Positions 18,224 through 21,920 of a DNA stretch of 21,920 nucleotides are shown here, in pieces; within the stretch, counting starts at the first letter, position 1; every line of letters starts with the position of its first letter. Position numbers and translations under genes: made by a program. Under the pieces are notes generated by a model. The model saw only the letters and a list, made by a program, of their open reading frames with translations. It was not told where the DNA came from and did no database searches. The stretch is from NCBI GenBank assembly GCA_008632985.1, contig QPGO01000186.1, positions 124,001 through 145,920 of the forward strand. The letters are read 5' to 3'. Source of the DNA: Psammoneis japonica (lineage: Eukaryota).

Positions 18224-20728
18224 TTAGAAGACAGGGTGAAGACGGCGGATATTGATACGTTCAGTGACGTGAGGCGAGCGCTGGATGGTAACGGTTCCAT
18301 TGGTATGGACACGTACGATACGGAAAGGACCATCTTTGGTGTTGAGTTTGCGTTGGATGTCTTTGGTCATAACGAAGACTTGATCGCCGATGTTGTAGTC
18401 GTAAGTAAGACGTTTTGCGTTTTCGCGGAGATTATTGCGTAGGACATCGCGCTTGCGACGGGTATTAATCATTTTCCAGTTCGCAAGATAAGTAGCAGAA
18501 ATGACCATGTCTCGACCGAAGACAATTTGTCCGGGAGACGACATAAGGGCAGTATGGTAGGTACTGCGCAAGGCCCATGCAACGGATTGCAAAATTCCAT
18601 GAATTGTGTCTTCATCATGATCGCGAGAAGGGAGATCCATCGCACGGAGAGAATCGGCTATTACTTGATGAATACGTTCAACGAACGCGTTGGCTTGAGG
18701 ATTCTTGATTGTTGTAGGTTTCGGTTTAACACCATAACTGTAGAGGAGATCTGTAAACTCGGAAGTGAATTCGGAACCGTTGTCATAAATGACAATTTCT
18801 GGTCGCGGATAGCGACAAAACCACTCGCGATCGACGATAAGTGAAATGTCTTCGGACGTTTTGAACTTATAGTTCGCGAGTTCGACCCAACGGGTTGCGA
18901 CATCAATAATTGAAACGGCTCTGATTTTGCGATCGACACCATTTTTGTCGGCACACGTCCAGGGACCGAAAAGATCGACTTGAGTTGCCTGCCAAGGTTT
19001 ATAAGTAGTATCTGGAAGAGGTAATTCGCCATAGTTTGCCGTAGCACGCTTGGATTTGGAACACGTGCGGCACTTACGGACAAAAGTGCGGACTTTCGTC
19101 TGCATGTCGCGAATGTAAAAATGTGAAGCCAAAGTTTGGCAGGTGCGATTGGCACCAGGGTGGCAGAGAGTTTCATGGTGCCACCGTAGAACTGCAGGAA
19201 AAAGCGTTGGAGGGAGGACAATCTTGTTCTTGTAAAGGACAATCTGTTTTCCATTGAACAGTTCGGCTGAGCAGGATTCGGACTTGTCGAGTCGTTGCTG
19301 AAGAGCAGAATTTTTTTTCTGATGGTCGGCGACAATGTCGAAAGTAATGGGGAATGTCGAAGGATCGATTTCCAACGAAGTCATTTCCTCGTAATCGCTT
19401 TGATCGACTTGGACAATGGGATGGCGGCTCAAAAAATCAGCCACGACATTCTCATGGCCTGGCAGGCACTCGAAAGAGCAATCGCACTCCTCGAGAAGTA
19501 AACGCCAGCGTTTGACGCGTTCTGACTTGAATTTGTCAAATGCAAGATTTTTGTGATCGGCAAATGGGTGGCATCGATGACCAAAAAGGATGCTTTTGAA
19601 ATTTTCGGTCGTTTCCACGAGCGACAGCAGCTCTTTTTCCATTGTCGTGTAGTTTCGTTGCGCTTGAGACAATTTTCGGCTGTAGAATGCAATTGGCCAT
19701 TCGCCATCATCAAAATCTTGAGCAATCACTGCACCAAGTTGACAATCACTCGCATCCGGATAGATCTTGAAAGGTTGAGAGAAGTCGGGGAATCGGAGGA
19801 GGATTTCGCGCGCCACAATTTTTTTCATCTGATTGAAAGCTTCCGTGTGGACGTCAGTCCACTTGAATTTGACTTTGTCTGATGACAGCGCAGTTAAGGG
19901 CGCAAGAGTGTGGCTGCGTCGGCACCACAATTTCTTGCAATGATTCACGAACCCGATGAAACCACGCAATTGTCGACGGTTTTGAGGGCGAGCGAAGCAA
20001 AGTGAGGGTGGGATTTTCTTTTTCTGAGGCTGAGTGCCTTTTGCAGTCATGGTGCAGCCCAAGCAGTCGACGGTCTTGGCGGCGAGATGGGATTCTTCGA
20101 CATGTGCGTGAAGATTGTTCGCGAGGAGCCGTTGCAAGACGAGTTTGAGTCGTTGACAGTGATGGTTGAAGTTGTTCTTGGCAAAGAGGATGACATTGTC
20201 GATGCAGACTATGATGTCTTCCATGTCATGAAAAATGTCTGTCATGCAAGCTTGAAAAATGTCGCTTGCCGGTTTGATTCCTTGCGGCAGGCGGTTGCAG
20301 CAATGCTTGCCCCACGGCAGGATGATGCCGCAGAGTTTTTTTGACTCGTCGTCAAGCACGAAGTGACAGTAGCCTCGGTTGAGGTCCAAACATGTCGCAT
20401 GGGCAAAGCCGTTCATTTTCCATGCGACGTCGTCGATGACAGGCAGTGGATGTGGATGCCGTTCGAGACACTCGTTGAGTTTCCGTAAATCGGACAAGAA
20501 ATGGATGCCACCGCTTTTCTTCGATCGGAAAAGACAGGATGCGTCCCAAGGAGAGTGAAGTTTGCGCGTGATGACATCGATTTTTTCCAATTCATCCACT
20601 TCTTTGCGAGCCATGGGACACAACGCTTGCGGAACAGTGCAAGCTTTCGCACAGCATGGACGCGATCCTGGTTTCAGGGTCAAATGGACGGGTTTACCGG
20701 GTGCAGCTCCAAGTGTGCCATCGAACAA
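18224..20728 (-). pseudogene. pol: Gypsy pol (RT-RNase H-integrase), open for 834 codons but with a mutated RT active site (CIDN for YIDD)
   Basis: RT motifs LDLNRGY, RLPQG and VCIDN; RNase H DASD..LGAV and EKELL; integrase HHCC finger, VDLFGP, DNGSEF and NPQANAFVER. Confidence 0.93.
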
Positions 20729-20832
20729 TTGCGGGTCGTCCGAAGAGTTCGATGAGTTGGTGCTGTTGATCGTTCAAGGTGTTTGCAGCGTAGAACCATG
20801 TCGCGACAATTGTGCTTGTCGTGCATTGCTCG

Positions 20833-21270
20833 TCATACCTCGAACCTGACGGTTGACGGCATTCTGGAAGAACTTGGGCAATTCAGCATCGCCGGGATGA
20901 ATTGCATTAACTTCGACTTGGTCGAAAGAGCCCTTGGATCGCATGGATAGGGTACATCGTCCCACGTGATTGTTTGATGTCGAAAATCAAAAACGAGTCC
21001 CATTTCTGTGGCGGTTTTTCTTCCGATGACAATGTCGTGTTTTCCTGCGGCTTTGTCTTCCACACAAGCATCGACGGAAACCTTCTTGGACGATGCGAAG
21101 TCTGGGAACTTCAATGTCAGCGTCGCAATCTCGTGTAGATTAACGGCACTGTAACGGCCTTTAACGGGAACGTCATTTACGGATTTTGTGAGGAATCCCG
21201 CGAAGGGCTGAGCGCTTCACAAAATTGCGATTTGCGCCGGATCGAGTAGCAACACGGAACTTGTGCATTC
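20833..21270 (-). pseudogene. Gypsy aspartic protease region, frameshifted
   Basis: LLD(S)GANRNFV at ~21220-21255 needs a 1-nt correction. KHDIVIGRKTATEMGLVFDF..ITWD follows downstream. Confidence 0.75.
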
Positions 21271-21321
21271 CAGAATGAGTGTCAATCATCTGGACACGCG
21301 CTTCCGTGGTAAGATTGTCTT

Positions 21322-21920
21322 CTATTCGGATTCGATNNNNNNNNNNNNNNNNNNNNNNNNNNNNNNNNNNNNNNNNNNNNNATCGTCTGACGCGACGCTA
21401 TCGACATCGTTAGAAGCGGAGCGACTAGCTTTGGAGTCCACATTGTTGTTTTCGACGTTCCGTGTGCGGCTCCGTGTAGGACAGCGGTGTGTCGGCTCGT
21501 TTCGAGAGTTGTTTTGTTGATTCGGCGCATTCCGATTTGCGCGGTTCCGCTCATAATTTTCACGTTCACGACGGATGACATTGCACTCTTGACCGTTCGG
21601 ATGTACAACGCCATGGATTGGACATGTTTGTTCACGATTGTTTTGGTTCCTGTTCCTGGTGCGATTTTGGTCGTTGTTCTGGCCGCGACGCGCATTTCGA
21701 CCGTTGTTGCGTCGATTCCAATTGTTGTTGCGTCTGTTGTTGTCGGTAGACCCTTTGTCACCACGTTGTTCCATACGTCGGAGAGTCTCGTAGTTTGAGC
21801 TTGGTCGTTCAAGTTTAAGTTGCGAAGACGGGCTTTAGTCTGAGTTTCGGCCCATGATCTTGGTCCACATTTTCGAAGGATTACGGATAATTCCGCTTCC
21901 GTGAATGACGGAACTCTTTC
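21322..21920 (-). CDS. gag: Gypsy gag C-terminal part (Asn/Arg-rich, CPIH-x3-H-x5-C knuckle), partial
   Basis: ORF 21322..21774 contains CPIHGVVHPNGQEC and lies upstream of the protease. It spans an N gap. Confidence 0.7.
21337..21381. other. Assembly gap (45 N)
   Basis: Run of N in the sequence. Confidence 1.

Larger units (their letters stand above)
17912..21920 (-). mobile_element. Ty3/Gypsy LTR retrotransposon inserted in the qor gene; 5' part extends beyond the window
   Basis: gag-protease-RT-RNase H-integrase order on the minus strand, followed by PPT and LTR. Confidence 0.95.

Noticed and set aside
20728..21336. Programmed gag-pol frameshift
   Set aside because: There are several scattered 1-nt shifts next to an N gap, better explained by poor consensus quality or decay.

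Overview
Eukaryotic nuclear DNA, most likely from a diatom (inferred from ~100-nt GT-AG introns, CoDi-like Copia and diatom-type Gypsy elements, an LRGG-type presequence and a plastid atpB fragment). It holds four host genes: a hypothetical protein, a 4-exon inward-rectifier K+ channel, a TspO/MBR protein and a quinone oxidoreductase whose 3' end is cut by a Gypsy LTR. A ~10.7-kb transposon graveyard (about 4170-14860) contains decayed repeats, a MITE-like element, an atpB fragment, and a Copia remnant split by a complete but non-autonomous Gypsy element (367-bp LTRs, CACC target-site duplication). A second Gypsy runs off the right edge. The main signal is a region-restricted mutational process that converts TpA to TpG/CpA, the reverse of fungal RIP. 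TpA is almost absent from the graveyard, all 7 differences between the paired LTRs are TA versus TG/CA, and conserved tyrosines in the RT/RNase H domains have become Cys/His while CpG is kept. TpA-rich TAG/CTA islands lie upstream of host genes. All counts are by eye.
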